Assembly: GCA_041484665.1 (NCBI GenBank)
Contig: JBGPIA010000014.1
Span: 59,309 to 123,308 of the forward strand
Reading direction: 5' to 3'
Length of the DNA: 64,000 nucleotides
Source: Candidatus Krumholzibacteriia bacterium
Lineage (GTDB): Bacteria; Krumholzibacteriota; Krumholzibacteriia; JAJRXK01
The notes below the pieces were generated by a model. The model saw only the letters and a list, made by a program, of their open reading frames with translations. It made no database searches and was not told the origin of the DNA. Shown in pieces: positions 27,073-38,300 of this stretch (position 1 is the stretch's first letter; each line of letters opens with the position of its first letter). The position numbers and the translations under genes were made by a program.

Positions 27073-28710
27073 CTAGAACCACATCTTCATGAAAAGCTGG
27101 ACGCGACGCTCCGAGTTCTGGTCGACGGCGCTGGGGTCTTCGCTGATGAACGAGTCGTTCTCCGTGAGCCGGTCGGACCGGCCGCCGTCGCCGTACTCCA
27201 GGAAGAACTCGGCGTTGGCCCAGGCCTCGTAGCGCGTCTGCACGAAGATCGTGCGCCGCGACTCGGTGTTCTCATCGGCGTTGAGAAAGCGCGTGAAGAA
27301 TTTCCAGCGCGAGGTAACGTTGAGATTGATGTCCGTGCCAAAGCCGCGGACCGCCCGCGGAGTCCCGAGGTCGCGGACGCGGACCTGTGGCCGGACCGAG
27401 ATCAGCTTGTTCTGGGCCCGCAGCTCGAAGATCAGGTTCTTGAAGACACTGCCGGCGCCGGCCACCTCGTTGCCCTCGAAGCGGCGCCACTTCACCCAGC
27501 CCGAGAAGCCTCCCTTGATCTCCGCATAGACTTCCAGCTCGTGCTGGTTCTGGTCGAAGCGCTGGCCGTCCGCGCCGATCTCCCGCAGGGCCCGGGTGCG
27601 CCAGTGGGCGTAGCGCAGGTTCAACTGCTTACGGGGCACGCGCCACCAGCTCTCCAGCCAATAGCCGCGCCGGTCGTCATCCCCCTGCTTGCTGCTCATT
27701 CCGGTATAGAAGGAGGGCTCGCGGTACCAGAGCTGCCCCTTGAGCGTCAGGTCGCGGAATCGCACGTCGCGCAGCTCCATCTGGATCCCGTTACGCAGCT
27801 TGTCCTGATCGCTGAGCCAGCCGGAGAAGTTGCGCCCCGCCTCCAGCACCAGGGTCGTCCGACCAAACCGCTGCAACGGCGCGATCAACTCGCCCAGGGC
27901 CACCTCGGCGTCCAGTGCGGCAGTCAGGTCGAAGTTTTCGGGGCGGCTGCCGTAGTCCTTGCGGCCGAAGGTTCCCCCCAGGGAGATGCGGTCCTGGCGC
28001 AGACTCATGTGGGCGCGCCCGGCCTCGAAGTCATCGCCGCTGGTGGCCTTGTCGCCATAGTAGAGGAGTCCGCCGAAGCCCTGCACGTCGTGGAAGTCGA
28101 GGCGCGCTCCCTGGGCGCGCGGACCGAAGGAGTCGTCCTGCAGGGTGTTGCCGTCGACGATCTGCAGCAGCGGCTGGCTGAACCAGAACCGGTTCTGCGA
28201 GCTGAATGCCACCAGCTCGGCCTTGGGTCGGGTCAGGCGCACATGCCCTTGTTTGAAGAAGACCTTGGGGTCGTGTACCGAGATGGCGTCGAGCTGCGTC
28301 TGGGTCGCGGGGTCGATGCCGGGGCTGATGCTGCGGAAACGGTTGGAGGACGCGCTGATTTCCACGAAGCCCTCGGCGCTGGGCCACGGCGCCGCGAGCG
28401 CCCGCAGCTCGAGGTAGTGATTGGGCATGTCCAGCTGCCAGGTCGCGTCCTCACGGGTGCCGCGCAGAAACGCCTCGTAGTAGGCGTGCAGCTGGGTGTC
28501 GGCGCGCGCCGCCCTCGGCAGGGACGCCAGCGCTACCGTGAGCAGGGCACTCAGGAGCCACGCTGCCGGCCAGGCAAGATCACGCGCGGAAACCGGGCAA
28601 CCCATCGGGGCACATCCGGCGAGGGAGGCCGGGCAGCCCGCCTTGGCCCGCCGGGTGCGCAGAGCCGGGCAGCGCAGGGGTGCGCGTCGCGTGCGCGTGC
28701 GTGTGGCCAT
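27073..28710 (-). CDS. Putative outer-membrane beta-barrel protein of unknown family; start 28710 or 28605
   Basis: Signal peptide ending ARA; alternating aromatic/hydrophobic strands; C-terminal VQLFMKMWF barrel signal. Confidence 0.72.
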   Translation of the reverse strand: MATRTRTRRAPLRCPALRTRRAKAGCPASLAGCAPMGCPVSARDLAWPAAWLLSALLTVALASLPRAARADTQLHAYYEAFLRGTREDATWQLDMPNHYLELRALAAPWPSAEGFVEISASSNRFRSISPGIDPATQTQLDAISVHDPKVFFKQGHVRLTRPKAELVAFSSQNRFWFSQPLLQIVDGNTLQDDSFGPRAQGARLDFHDVQGFGGLLYYGDKATSGDDFEAGRAHMSLRQDRISLGGTFGRKDYGSRPENFDLTAALDAEVALGELIAPLQRFGRTTLVLEAGRNFSGWLSDQDKLRNGIQMELRDVRFRDLTLKGQLWYREPSFYTGMSSKQGDDDRRGYWLESWWRVPRKQLNLRYAHWRTRALREIGADGQRFDQNQHELEVYAEIKGGFSGWVKWRRFEGNEVAGAGSVFKNLIFELRAQNKLISVRPQVRVRDLGTPRAVRGFGTDINLNVTSRWKFFTRFLNADENTESRRTIFVQTRYEAWANAEFFLEYGDGGRSDRLTENDSFISEDPSAVDQNSERRVQLFMKMWF

Positions 28711-28714
28711 GACC

Positions 28715-29731
28715 TCAGAATCCGATCGTGATGGTGGCGCGGTAGGTATTACCCAGCCGCTCGTGCGTCATCAGCCCCACGTCGGTGCGCACCTTCTTCA
28801 CCAGCAATCCCGCTCCCGCGGTGAGAGCGCCGTCATCGACCCCGGCGCGAACGGCCACCACGTTGTTGAACCACGACTCGGCGCCGACGTGAAGCGTCCA
28901 CGCCTGGTCCACGTACTCGGGGATGTCGTTGTGGCGCAGCTCACCGCTGATACGCACCACCTTCTGCAGCAGGTAGGTAGCGCCCAGGCGGCGGCGGCCG
29001 CCGATCTGGGTCGCGCGCGCCGTGGTGGAGATCAGGCGGATTTCCGGCCGCACCAGATTCTCGGCGCTCGCGCCCAGGTCGAAGTTGTCCAGCACGTGCA
29101 CGACGACGCCCGTGCTGAACGACAGCTTCCACTGCGCGCCGAGGTAGTTGGGATCGTTGAGCGCCTCGTATCCGGGGGCGGCCACCCCGTAGAACAGCAC
29201 GGATCCGCCCACCACCAGTCGCCCGCGCAGCAGCGCAAGCGCCGCTGCCGCGGTGAGCAGGTCCTCGTGATAGACATCCTTCAGTCCTGTGCGCGACCAG
29301 CCCGCCCCCACCGCCAACCCCTTGCGCGCCTGGAACGTCGCGCCCAGGAAGTCCTCGCTCAGCCCGTCGACGCCGTCGTAGACGGAGGTGCGCATGCCCG
29401 AAAGCTGCACGCGCTGCGGGGCGATGATCGCCGCCGGGTTCCAGAAGAGGCTGGCCGGATCGCCCGTCACCGCCACGAACGCTCCGCCCATGGACAGGGC
29501 GCGCGCGCCGACTTGCGGGTCGACGAAATCGGCCTGCGCGATGCCGGCGGCGCCACACAGCGCCACCGCCAGCGCCGCGGCCAGCGCCGGCGCCAGCGCC
29601 GTTGCCACCTCCGACGCCACCGCCTGCGCCAGCGCCGCAGTCCGCCCCGCCGCCTGCGCGGCGATGCCCGTGCAAGGCGCCCGTCTCCTCGCCGTCCTGA
29701 AGGGCCGCCAAGCCTGGGCTGCGCGCCTCAC
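28715..29731 (-). CDS. PorV/PorP-like (FadL-fold) outer-membrane barrel
   Basis: VGARALSMGGAFVAVTGDPASLFWNPAA signature; C-terminal HERLGNTYRATITIGF. Confidence 0.82.
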   Translation of the reverse strand: MRRAAQAWRPFRTARRRAPCTGIAAQAAGRTAALAQAVASEVATALAPALAAALAVALCGAAGIAQADFVDPQVGARALSMGGAFVAVTGDPASLFWNPAAIIAPQRVQLSGMRTSVYDGVDGLSEDFLGATFQARKGLAVGAGWSRTGLKDVYHEDLLTAAAALALLRGRLVVGGSVLFYGVAAPGYEALNDPNYLGAQWKLSFSTGVVVHVLDNFDLGASAENLVRPEIRLISTTARATQIGGRRRLGATYLLQKVVRISGELRHNDIPEYVDQAWTLHVGAESWFNNVVAVRAGVDDGALTAGAGLLVKKVRTDVGLMTHERLGNTYRATITIGF

Positions 29732-32700
29732 CGCACCACCGCCACGGCCTTCGATTGACGCTCCCAGCGGTCGATCTGTGACCCACGCACCTGAACGCGA
29801 ACGATGTAGATGCCGGTGGGCACCTCATGGCCGAGCTCGTCCTTGCCGTCCCACTGCAGTCCCAGCGTGCGATTGGTGGTGGCTTCGCCCTGGAACAGCA
29901 GCAGCGTGCGCACGCGCGCGCCGCGCAGGTCGTAGACCTCCACGATCGCCTCCCGCGTCTCTTGGGGAAGCACGTAGCTGACGCTCAGCAGGTCGTGGAG
30001 GCCGTCGCCATTGGGCGAGAACGGGTTGGGCGAGAGCTGCAATCCCGTCACGATCGCGTCGGCGTCGACCTGCGAGCTCTTCGTAAACGTCCCGTACAGG
30101 CCCAGTTCACGCACGCGGGCCGTGACGGTGCTGCCCCCCCGCTCGCCGTGCCCGCCGGCGAGCACCCAGCGCCCGGCGCGCTCGGTCCAATGGAACAGTT
30201 GCAGGTCCGCGGGCGGGTCGCCGCCCGCGTCGTAGCGCGGAAAGTGCAACGAGAGCTCTGCTACCTGGGGCAGCACGCTGATCTCGGTCATGGTGCTGTC
30301 GCCAGCCACGGCACGCAGCGTCAAACGCCGTGCCGTGCCCAGGAAGCGGTTGCCCGCCGTCAGGACCGTCTCGTTGTTGTCGCCGCGCGGCGTGAGGTCG
30401 AGGGTACCGTGCGCCGCCGCCTCGTAGGTCAGCTCCAGACGCCCCCCATTGCCAGCGGGCAGCACGCCACGCAGGATTGCGGCGTCCACCCGCAGGCGCG
30501 ATCCCTCGGGGAGATCGAGGGAGTAGGTGTCGACGCCCTGCAGCAGCGCGCGATCGATGGGATAGGTGAGCGAGTCCACGGGTTGGACCGGAAGCTCGAG
30601 CAGGAACTCCTGGCGCGCCGCGGGGTCCGTGCGGTTTCCCACGAGGTCCTGGGCGTCGAAGCTCACCACGAGGTAGCGCACGCTCTGCGTCGACCCGTCG
30701 GGCAGGGTGCGCTGCACGAGGTTGGTCACGCCCTGGCCGACGATATCGTCCCAGCGGATGTCGGCCACCCAGATCACGCCCTTCTCCAGGTCGCTGCGCA
30801 GATGCCCCAGCGGGACGGTCCGCTCGTTGCCGCGCGATTCGCCCAGGCCGCGCCACAGCAGGTTCGCCCAGTCCACGCCGGTCTCGTCCTCCACCGTGGC
30901 CAGCACCGCGATGGGCCCGTCGCGCAGGATCGGCCAGCTGGTCAGGGCGCGCCCCACCGAGCGCAGGAAGGTCACCTTGGGCGGAGCGGTGTCGATGAGT
31001 TGCTGCGCCTCCAGGCGTACGGCCACCTGCCCGTCCTGAAAGCGCCGCTGAGCATCCGCCGTGAGGAAGTCCAGCTGCTCCTGCTGCGCGCGCCCCGGGT
31101 GCTTGCCGGTACCGGCGTGCGCGAGGACATCGACAATGTTCGGGTCGCGCTCGCGGCCGGAATCTCCGTTCTTGCCGCCGCCGAACTGCCACTCGGCGAT
31201 CCCTTCGTTGACCCAGCGCACGGCGCCCCAATTGTCGTCGTTGCTGTCGCCGTCGTGCCCGCTGAGGGTGACGATGGTATCCCACCGGCGCACTGCGGCA
31301 TTAACCGTGGCGCTGTCCGCGCTGGCAGACAGACCCAGCTTGTCTTTGCGGACGAAAATGTCGATCGTGTTCGCGTCGGAGCTGGCGCAGAAGAAGAGTG
31401 TCTCGTCGTTGCGGTCCACGACCCAGCTCCCCGACGACGATGAGCCGTTGCTGCTCACCAGCCCCTTCCACCAGCCGTCGGCCACCAGGGCATACTCCCA
31501 GGCATCCTGCGGCGCCACGTCGGCCCAGCGGTTCTGCGGCAGCTTGGTCGAGCCGCCGTCCTTGCTGTCGACGAGCACGATGACGTTCTGGAGGTTGAGA
31601 TCGACGCGCGAGCCCGCCGGGCAGTTGGCGTCGCGCGGATAGACGGCCTTCCAGTCCGCCGCGCCTGGCTCTGACGGATCGGTGAGGTCGCGCAGCGTGA
31701 CGCGGAAGAGCAGGTCCTGATCCAGATCAAAGATCTCGAGTTTCTTCAGGTCGAACACGCCGTCGAAGAACACACCCGAGGTCGGGTATTGGTAGTAGAG
31801 GTACTGGCGGCCCTGCTGATCGGGCCCGTGGTCGTCGCGCAGCGAGTCCTGCACCGCCAGGATCGGAACGAGCTCCGGCTGGCCGGTGATGGTGAGCTTG
31901 GCGCGGGCGCGGGCTCGCGCCCCGCTGCTGAGCTCCAGCGCTGAGATCACCGCCTCTGGTTCCCCGGCGAAGGTGCTGCGCGATACCGACCAACGCAGGC
32001 TGTACAGCCCGTCGCCCGCCGCTGCATCGCCCTCCAGCCCGTCGTCGCGCAACGGCACGACCTGCTCCCCACCCAGGGCGCTGAGGTCCGCGAAGACCTG
32101 AAAGCTGGGCGAGGGCGGCGGCTGGGCTCTGAACACGGGCCGCGCCGTGAGTAGTGCAGTCTCGCCTTGCGTCACCTGCGGCGGGGTGAAGCCCACATCA
32201 TCCAGAGCCAGCGAGCTGATCGTCTCCACCAGCACTGTCCCGCCCCAGTTGTGCAGCGTGACCGATGCCGGCAGCTGCTGGCACCAGTCGACCCCTGGCA
32301 GCAGCGGGACCATGTCGGCGGTGGCATCGTCGGGGCTGGAGTCCAGCGCCGGCCGCTTGCAGGTCTCCTCCTGCGTCACGTACACCTGCAACCGCACGCT
32401 ATCCTGGCCCACGACGAACGCCGACCCAAACAGCGATACCGGGACCCGGAAGGTGACGTCACGATCGGTCTTGCGGACCCAGCTCGCCTTGCGGGCGTCG
32501 ACCCCGTCGGCAAAGGTCGTGACCCAGGTGCGCGTGCCGACGTCGTACCACTCCCAACCGTTGGGGTCGCCACCGGGCGGCGGCCGGCGGAAATCGGCGT
32601 AGTTATCCGCCTGGTACTTATAGGTGAAGACGTAGTCGGGCAGCAGCGGGTGGGCGTAGCTCACCGGGAAGCCGAAATAGTCCGTCACCGCGCCCGCGAC

Positions 32701-35364
32701 GTCCCCTTGGTACTCCAGCAGCAGGACCATGTGGATACCGCTGTAGTTCGAGAAGAAGGGGACCTTCACGACCATGGTGTCGCGCTCGGAGTAGGCGAAT
32801 ACCGTCGTGAGATCCACCTGCGCGACGGCGTTGTGCGCGTCGTCGCTCTCGGGCGCGAGCTCGCTGGCCGCCGCCAGCCCCGGGCTGATCTCCAGTCGCA
32901 GCTCAGCCGAAGGCTGTGGCAGGGAAGCCAGCGTGGCGGTCACCTCCACCAGTCCGAAGGCCTGCGGGCGCGTGGCCACCTCGAAGCTGGCCGTCCCATC
33001 AGCGGCCAACGCCACCGTGGCAGGGAAGGACTGGATGATCGCCGCCGGCCCCGCGGCAATTGTCACCTGCGCTCCGGCCACGGGGCTGGCGTTGCCGAAT
33101 GCGTCCTCTGCGCGCAGGGTGAACTGCATCCGCCCCAGAGCCGCCACGCGCCCCCCCAGGCTCAGCCGCCGCGGGGTGTCCGGGGCAACGATGAAGACGA
33201 GTGGCTCGCTGAAGATGCTGTCGCTGGGCACGGCGAAGGCGCGCAGCGTGAACGTGTCGGCGACGGTGGAGGTGAAGGCCACGTTCCCCTCGCTGCCGAA
33301 CGAGCCGTCGCTCTGCGTGGTGGCCGTCGAGGGCGCCACCTGCGCGCCCGCAGGATCGATCCGGAAGCCGATGTCCAGATCGGGCAGACGCACGTTGTTG
33401 TTGCTCACGTCCTTGAGCTGACCCTGCAGGCGCAAGCTGCCGCCAGCGACCATGCGCGTTCCCTCGGCGGTGAGCGCGATCGAGCTGGGCTGCACGGGCA
33501 GCACGCCGGTCTCCAGGATCGCCGCGGCCGCCGTCGGATGGGTGGCACGCAAGCGGACCACCTCTTGGCGGTCGTCGGTGAACAGCAGCGTCGCCCGCGC
33601 GGTGGGTGGATCCCCCGTAGCGGGATTCCAGCGCGCGGGGTCCAGCAGCGGCTGGGCGCTGGCCGCCGTGTCGGGCAGCGTCCAGTACGTCACCGCCCCT
33701 TCGGGTGCGATGCTGGGGTCCATCGTGGTGGCCGTGAGGGTGACGCTCCCTTTGACCGCATCATCCAGGATCGCCTCGAAGCCGTCGTCGTCCACGAAGC
33801 CCACCTGCAGCGGCAGATACGCGTAGAAGTGAACGCTGGGGATGCTCACGGTGGTGAAGGCCGCGCTGATGGGTTGGGTGGGCCCGCTGCTCGTGCTGGT
33901 GCCCAGCGGATAGAATGCCAGCCGTGTCGCGCGCACGATGCGCAGGTCCAAAGTGCCCAGGTCGGTCACGCTGTCGTTGGCAACCACCACGTCCTGCTGA
34001 ATCGGTTTGTAGCCCGTGAGCAGGCCGATGCGCGGGTCGTCGGAGAATGGGCCGGCCAACAGCCGGTAGCTGCCGTCGGACACAGGGCGCAGGCTGACCA
34101 CTAGCGGCGCGCTGGGGGGGACGGTCGCCTCGGCGATCACCTCATTCTGCGTGACGTCCGCCGGGAGGAGCACGACGTCGAGCGTAAACGTACGCTGCGT
34201 GGCCTGTGGGCCGTCGGCGAAGCGGAACGCCACGTCCACACCGCCGTTCACCTTGAGTGCCAGAAAGTCGATGCCCGCGACCTCGGCCCCCTCGGCCACG
34301 GCCACGCCGGCGTGCAATGGAGCCAGGTAGAACCGGCTGTCGATCTTCACCGTGTAGGTTCCCGCGGCCAGCCGCGAGAGGAGGTAGGGGCCGCCGCCGG
34401 GCGGGGTCTTCACCCGCGCGACCTCGACGGTCCCGTCGCGCAGCGCGACCACGTTGATCTGCGTGGTGGTGTCCAGCGGGTCGGAGAGCGTCAGCGTGCC
34501 GCGGATGCGACCGTTGGGCGGCCAGCCCAGGTCGGGGACGCCATCGCCGTCGGCATCGACGGTGAAGACCAGCGGCGCATCGATCACGCGGTCGGTGGAC
34601 TGATCGGGCATCGATTCGGGCGAGAGGGAGTCGCCGCCGCCGACCTGCGCCACCACCACGGCGATGCGCGTGCCGGGGGGCACCTGCGCCGCGGCGTTCG
34701 GATAGAGGACGTTCCACGGGATGAACAGCTCGTAGCCCGTGTTGCCCGCCAGGTCCTTGGCCTGCGTGATCGCGTTGACCCGGTTGACCGGGCTGTTGGG
34801 ATCGGCGAGATCGAGAAAGCCCAGGTCGTAGCGGCCGGCCCAGTTGGTGAACCCGAAGTCGCACCCGAAGCCCGAGCCGACGGTCAGCGGCCGCCAGAGA
34901 TTGCGGCTGATGGCGCCCAGCGCGTTCTGGTTGATGAGGCTCAGATCGGCGATGCCCGTGCGTTTGCCGTAGTCCACGTCGATGTACAGATTGACGCTGT
35001 TCTGCCCGGATTGGCCTGCTGGCACGTCCCACAGGGCGCCGCTGACGGCGAGGTAGATCCCGCCGGGGTCCCAGGTGACCCGCAGACCCTGGAGATCGTT
35101 GAAAGGCCCCCACGCGCTGTCGCCCACGGGGTCCTCGTAGAAGAGCTCGTCGGCATCCCAGTCGGCGGCGTCGACCTGTGCCACTCCGTCCACGTTCGGG
35201 GAATTGTAGGTCGTCGCCCGCGCGGGCTCCGCCCTCAGCGCCGCACACGTCAGCAGGGCCAGCAACCAGAGCCGCGCCAGAAGCGGCGGCAGAGATGGGA
35301 GCAAAGGTTGCGGCAGCGGTAGCGCCGGCGGCTGGTACGGCCGGCGGCGCTGCGCGACACCCAT
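29728..35364 (-). CDS. Very large surface protein with glucodextranase-type DOMON domains, Ig-like repeats and a type-B-like (PNxFSPNGDG) sorting domain
   Basis: ATG overlapping the upstream TGA; signal peptide; DDHGP..YQYPT..FFDGVFDL, LNLQN, APQDAWEYAL, WQFGGG..DPNIVDVL; SPNPFSPNGDGLHD..WDGKD..PTGIY..KAVAVVR. Confidence 0.8.
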   Translation of the reverse strand: MGVAQRRRPYQPPALPLPQPLLPSLPPLLARLWLLALLTCAALRAEPARATTYNSPNVDGVAQVDAADWDADELFYEDPVGDSAWGPFNDLQGLRVTWDPGGIYLAVSGALWDVPAGQSGQNSVNLYIDVDYGKRTGIADLSLINQNALGAISRNLWRPLTVGSGFGCDFGFTNWAGRYDLGFLDLADPNSPVNRVNAITQAKDLAGNTGYELFIPWNVLYPNAAAQVPPGTRIAVVVAQVGGGDSLSPESMPDQSTDRVIDAPLVFTVDADGDGVPDLGWPPNGRIRGTLTLSDPLDTTTQINVVALRDGTVEVARVKTPPGGGPYLLSRLAAGTYTVKIDSRFYLAPLHAGVAVAEGAEVAGIDFLALKVNGGVDVAFRFADGPQATQRTFTLDVVLLPADVTQNEVIAEATVPPSAPLVVSLRPVSDGSYRLLAGPFSDDPRIGLLTGYKPIQQDVVVANDSVTDLGTLDLRIVRATRLAFYPLGTSTSSGPTQPISAAFTTVSIPSVHFYAYLPLQVGFVDDDGFEAILDDAVKGSVTLTATTMDPSIAPEGAVTYWTLPDTAASAQPLLDPARWNPATGDPPTARATLLFTDDRQEVVRLRATHPTAAAAILETGVLPVQPSSIALTAEGTRMVAGGSLRLQGQLKDVSNNNVRLPDLDIGFRIDPAGAQVAPSTATTQSDGSFGSEGNVAFTSTVADTFTLRAFAVPSDSIFSEPLVFIVAPDTPRRLSLGGRVAALGRMQFTLRAEDAFGNASPVAGAQVTIAAGPAAIIQSFPATVALAADGTASFEVATRPQAFGLVEVTATLASLPQPSAELRLEISPGLAAASELAPESDDAHNAVAQVDLTTVFAYSERDTMVVKVPFFSNYSGIHMVLLLEYQGDVAGAVTDYFGFPVSYAHPLLPDYVFTYKYQADNYADFRRPPPGGDPNGWEWYDVGTRTWVTTFADGVDARKASWVRKTDRDVTFRVPVSLFGSAFVVGQDSVRLQVYVTQEETCKRPALDSSPDDATADMVPLLPGVDWCQQLPASVTLHNWGGTVLVETISSLALDDVGFTPPQVTQGETALLTARPVFRAQPPPSPSFQVFADLSALGGEQVVPLRDDGLEGDAAAGDGLYSLRWSVSRSTFAGEPEAVISALELSSGARARARAKLTITGQPELVPILAVQDSLRDDHGPDQQGRQYLYYQYPTSGVFFDGVFDLKKLEIFDLDQDLLFRVTLRDLTDPSEPGAADWKAVYPRDANCPAGSRVDLNLQNVIVLVDSKDGGSTKLPQNRWADVAPQDAWEYALVADGWWKGLVSSNGSSSSGSWVVDRNDETLFFCASSDANTIDIFVRKDKLGLSASADSATVNAAVRRWDTIVTLSGHDGDSNDDNWGAVRWVNEGIAEWQFGGGKNGDSGRERDPNIVDVLAHAGTGKHPGRAQQEQLDFLTADAQRRFQDGQVAVRLEAQQLIDTAPPKVTFLRSVGRALTSWPILRDGPIAVLATVEDETGVDWANLLWRGLGESRGNERTVPLGHLRSDLEKGVIWVADIRWDDIVGQGVTNLVQRTLPDGSTQSVRYLVVSFDAQDLVGNRTDPAARQEFLLELPVQPVDSLTYPIDRALLQGVDTYSLDLPEGSRLRVDAAILRGVLPAGNGGRLELTYEAAAHGTLDLTPRGDNNETVLTAGNRFLGTARRLTLRAVAGDSTMTEISVLPQVAELSLHFPRYDAGGDPPADLQLFHWTERAGRWVLAGGHGERGGSTVTARVRELGLYGTFTKSSQVDADAIVTGLQLSPNPFSPNGDGLHDLLSVSYVLPQETREAIVEVYDLRGARVRTLLLFQGEATTNRTLGLQWDGKDELGHEVPTGIYIVRVQVRGSQIDRWERQSKAVAVVR

Positions 35365-38300
35365 CAGGATCGCTCCGAGCGGATCTCCAACACGATGCCC
35401 GACACCGGCGGCGCCACGATCTTCAGAACGCCGCGGCCGACCGTAAGCGTCCCCCCCACGGGCGTGATCTCGCTGGCCACTCCCAGGACCGGTGTCGCCG
35501 TGGCGCCGTCGGCGATGCCTGCATTGCCCACGGGGAGGATCGTGGTGGTCGCCGACTCGCCATTGTTGAGCACGACCAGCAACCGCCGCCCCTGGTGCTC
35601 GCGCAGGTAGGCGAAGACGTCGCCGCTGGCCAGCACCGTCTGGAAGGCCCCCAGGCTCAGTTCCGGATGCGCGCGGCGCAGCGCCGTCACCCGCCGGTAG
35701 TGCTCCAGGACCTGCTTGCGGGCGGGCACGTCGATCTGGCTCCAGGGCATGGTGCGGCGGCAATCGGGATCCTTGTCACCCGCCAGCCCCAGCTCGTCGC
35801 CATAGTAGATGTGCGGGGCCCCCAGGTACGTCATGGCGAAGGTCGCGGCCAGCATCAGACGCCGCACGTCGCCGCCGGCGACGTTCAGCAGGCGCACCGT
35901 ATCGTGGCTATCCACGAGGTTCATCTGGGCGCGCACGGCCTGGATGGGATAGCGCGTGCGGCCCGGAGCCAGCTCCTGGTCGAAGGTGGCCGCGTTGCCC
36001 TGGCGCTGGCCGATCCACTTCACCACAGGGTCCTTGAAGTAGCGGTAGTTCATCACCGCATCGAAGACGTGCGGGTTGATCCAGGCACCCGCGTCGCCCC
36101 AGATTTCGCCGATCAGGACATGGTCGGGCTTGATCTGCCGGCAGCGTTCCCGGAACAGGCCCCAGAACCAGAAGGGCACCTCGTTGGGCACGTCGAGACG
36201 GAAGCCGCTGCAGCCGAGCTTGCCCATCCAGTACTCGGGGATCTGCAGCACATAGTCCACCACCGCGCTGTTCACCTTGGCCTGCGCGATGTCGACGATC
36301 CCGTTCTCCTGGGCGTTGGGGCGTGAGAGGTCGTAGTTGAGGTTGGGGTGCAGACCGAAACCCCACCAGCAGTCGTAGTAGTCGCTGGCCTTCGCGTCCG
36401 ACGGCAGCGGCCAGCTGGGCGGCCGCTTCTGCCACTCGTACCAGTCGTAGTAGGGGCTGTCCTTCCACTTGGCGATCGCATCCTGGAACGCGAAGTGGCA
36501 GTCACCGGTGTGATTGAGAGCCATGTCCACGATCACGCGGATGCCAGCCTCGGCGCAGCGGCGCGTCATCTCGGCGAACTCGGCATCGGTGCCCAGATGC
36601 GGGTCGAGCTTCAGGTAGTCGCAGGCGTCGTAGCGGTGGTTGCTGCGCGCGTCGTTGACCGGATTGAAGTAGATGATCGTGATCCCCAGGCTCGCCAGGT
36701 ACGGGATGTGGTCGATCACGCCGCGAACATCCCCGCCGTAGAAGCTGTAGTAGTCGGGCTTGCCGTCGGTGCGGTAGGGGCTATGCGCGAGACCGGAGAC
36801 GTCGTCCCAGTCCTTCACGACGTGGAAGTACTCCGCGTTGGTCTTCCCACCCGCGGGCAGCTCGTTCCTTCCTTTATAGTACGACTGCTTGAAATCCTGA
36901 TCGTTGCTCGGGTCACCGTTGCCGAACCGATCCGGGAAGATCTGGTAGTAGATCCCCGTCTGCGCCCACTGCGGGATGCGGAAGGGCGGCAGGAGCTGCT
37001 CGCTGTAGGCGATCCACTGCTGCGGATCGGGCTTCTGCTCGGCGAAGCCGCCCCCCGCGGTGGCCCAACGCTGTGTTCCCTTGTCGTGGTAGGAGAACGT
37101 GAAGCGCACCGGCGAGCGCGCGTCGGCCAGCTTGGCCTGCGCCGTCCACGATGCGAACACCGCGTCCTTCGCCCCGGGCATCATGACCGCTTCCTGCGGC
37201 TGCTTGCCCTCCTCCATCCAGTGCAGCACGACCTTCTGCACGTCGTCGCGATAGGCGCGCGCCTGGAACACCAGCAGCCCGTCCTCCACCTCATCGACCG
37301 TGGAGTAGCCAAGCGTCACGCCCAGGTTGTCGACGAGGATCTTGCCGTCGCCGACCTTGACGTCGATCGCCTTGAACCGGTCGTCCACGTGGATCACGCT
37401 GTTCTTGCCGCCGTAGGGGTCGTCCACGAAAGCATCGGCCTTCTCGTCGGTGATCCAGGTGCCGTCTGCAACGAACTTGTACTCGTAGTCGCCGGGCGCC
37501 AGCAGCAGCATTGCCTCCCATACGCCGTCGCCGTCCTGGTCGCGCATCGGGGTGGCGCCCACGTTCCAATCATTGAAGGTTCCCGCCAGGAAGATCTCGC
37601 GCACGCCGGAGATCGGCGGCTGGTAACGAAACGTCACGGTGCGCTGCCCGGTGAGGGCAGCGCTCGATGCGGGCTTGGCCACGGCGGGGGCGGCGGGTTT
37701 CGCGCCGGTTGTTCCCGAGGCGCCCGCGGTAGCGGCCGCACCCGCTCTGCCCACCGCGGGCTGCGCGCCCGCGCTCGTAGCTGCCTCCTGCACGCCCTCG
37801 CCCGCACTCACCTCGACGATGCTGTTCTTGCCGCCGTAGGGATCGGCAACGTAGGCCGCCGAGCGTGGATCCTCCTTCCACGTCCCATCGATCACGTACT
37901 TGTACTGGTAGTGACCCGGCGCGAGCGGGATCGTGACGTCGAACACCCCGTTGCCGTCGGCGTCGGACATGGCCTGCGCCGTGGCGCTCCAAGAGTTGAA
38001 CTCGCCCGCGAGGAAGACTGCGGTCGCCCCCTTGGCTTGCATGGCGAAGTAGACGTTGCGGTGGCTCGCGGAGGCGGCCGCCGACGGGACCGGCACGGCC
38101 GGCTGTGCGACGGGGGGAACCGCCGCCGGGGTCGCGGCCAAGGGCTTCGCCGCCCCCGAAAGCCCGACGCTCAGCGTGGCGGCACCCTCGGGGACCACGA
38201 GCACGCTGTTCTTGCCGCCATAGGGATCGGGCACGGACTCGGTCGAGTACGGGTCTTCCTGCCAGGTCGTCCCCTCGATCACGTACTTGTACTGGTAGCG

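Noticed and set aside
24771..28710. SusC/TonB-dependent receptor or LamB assignment for the barrels
   Set aside because: No plug-domain or SusC motifs, no SusD partner and no LamB signature recognised by eye
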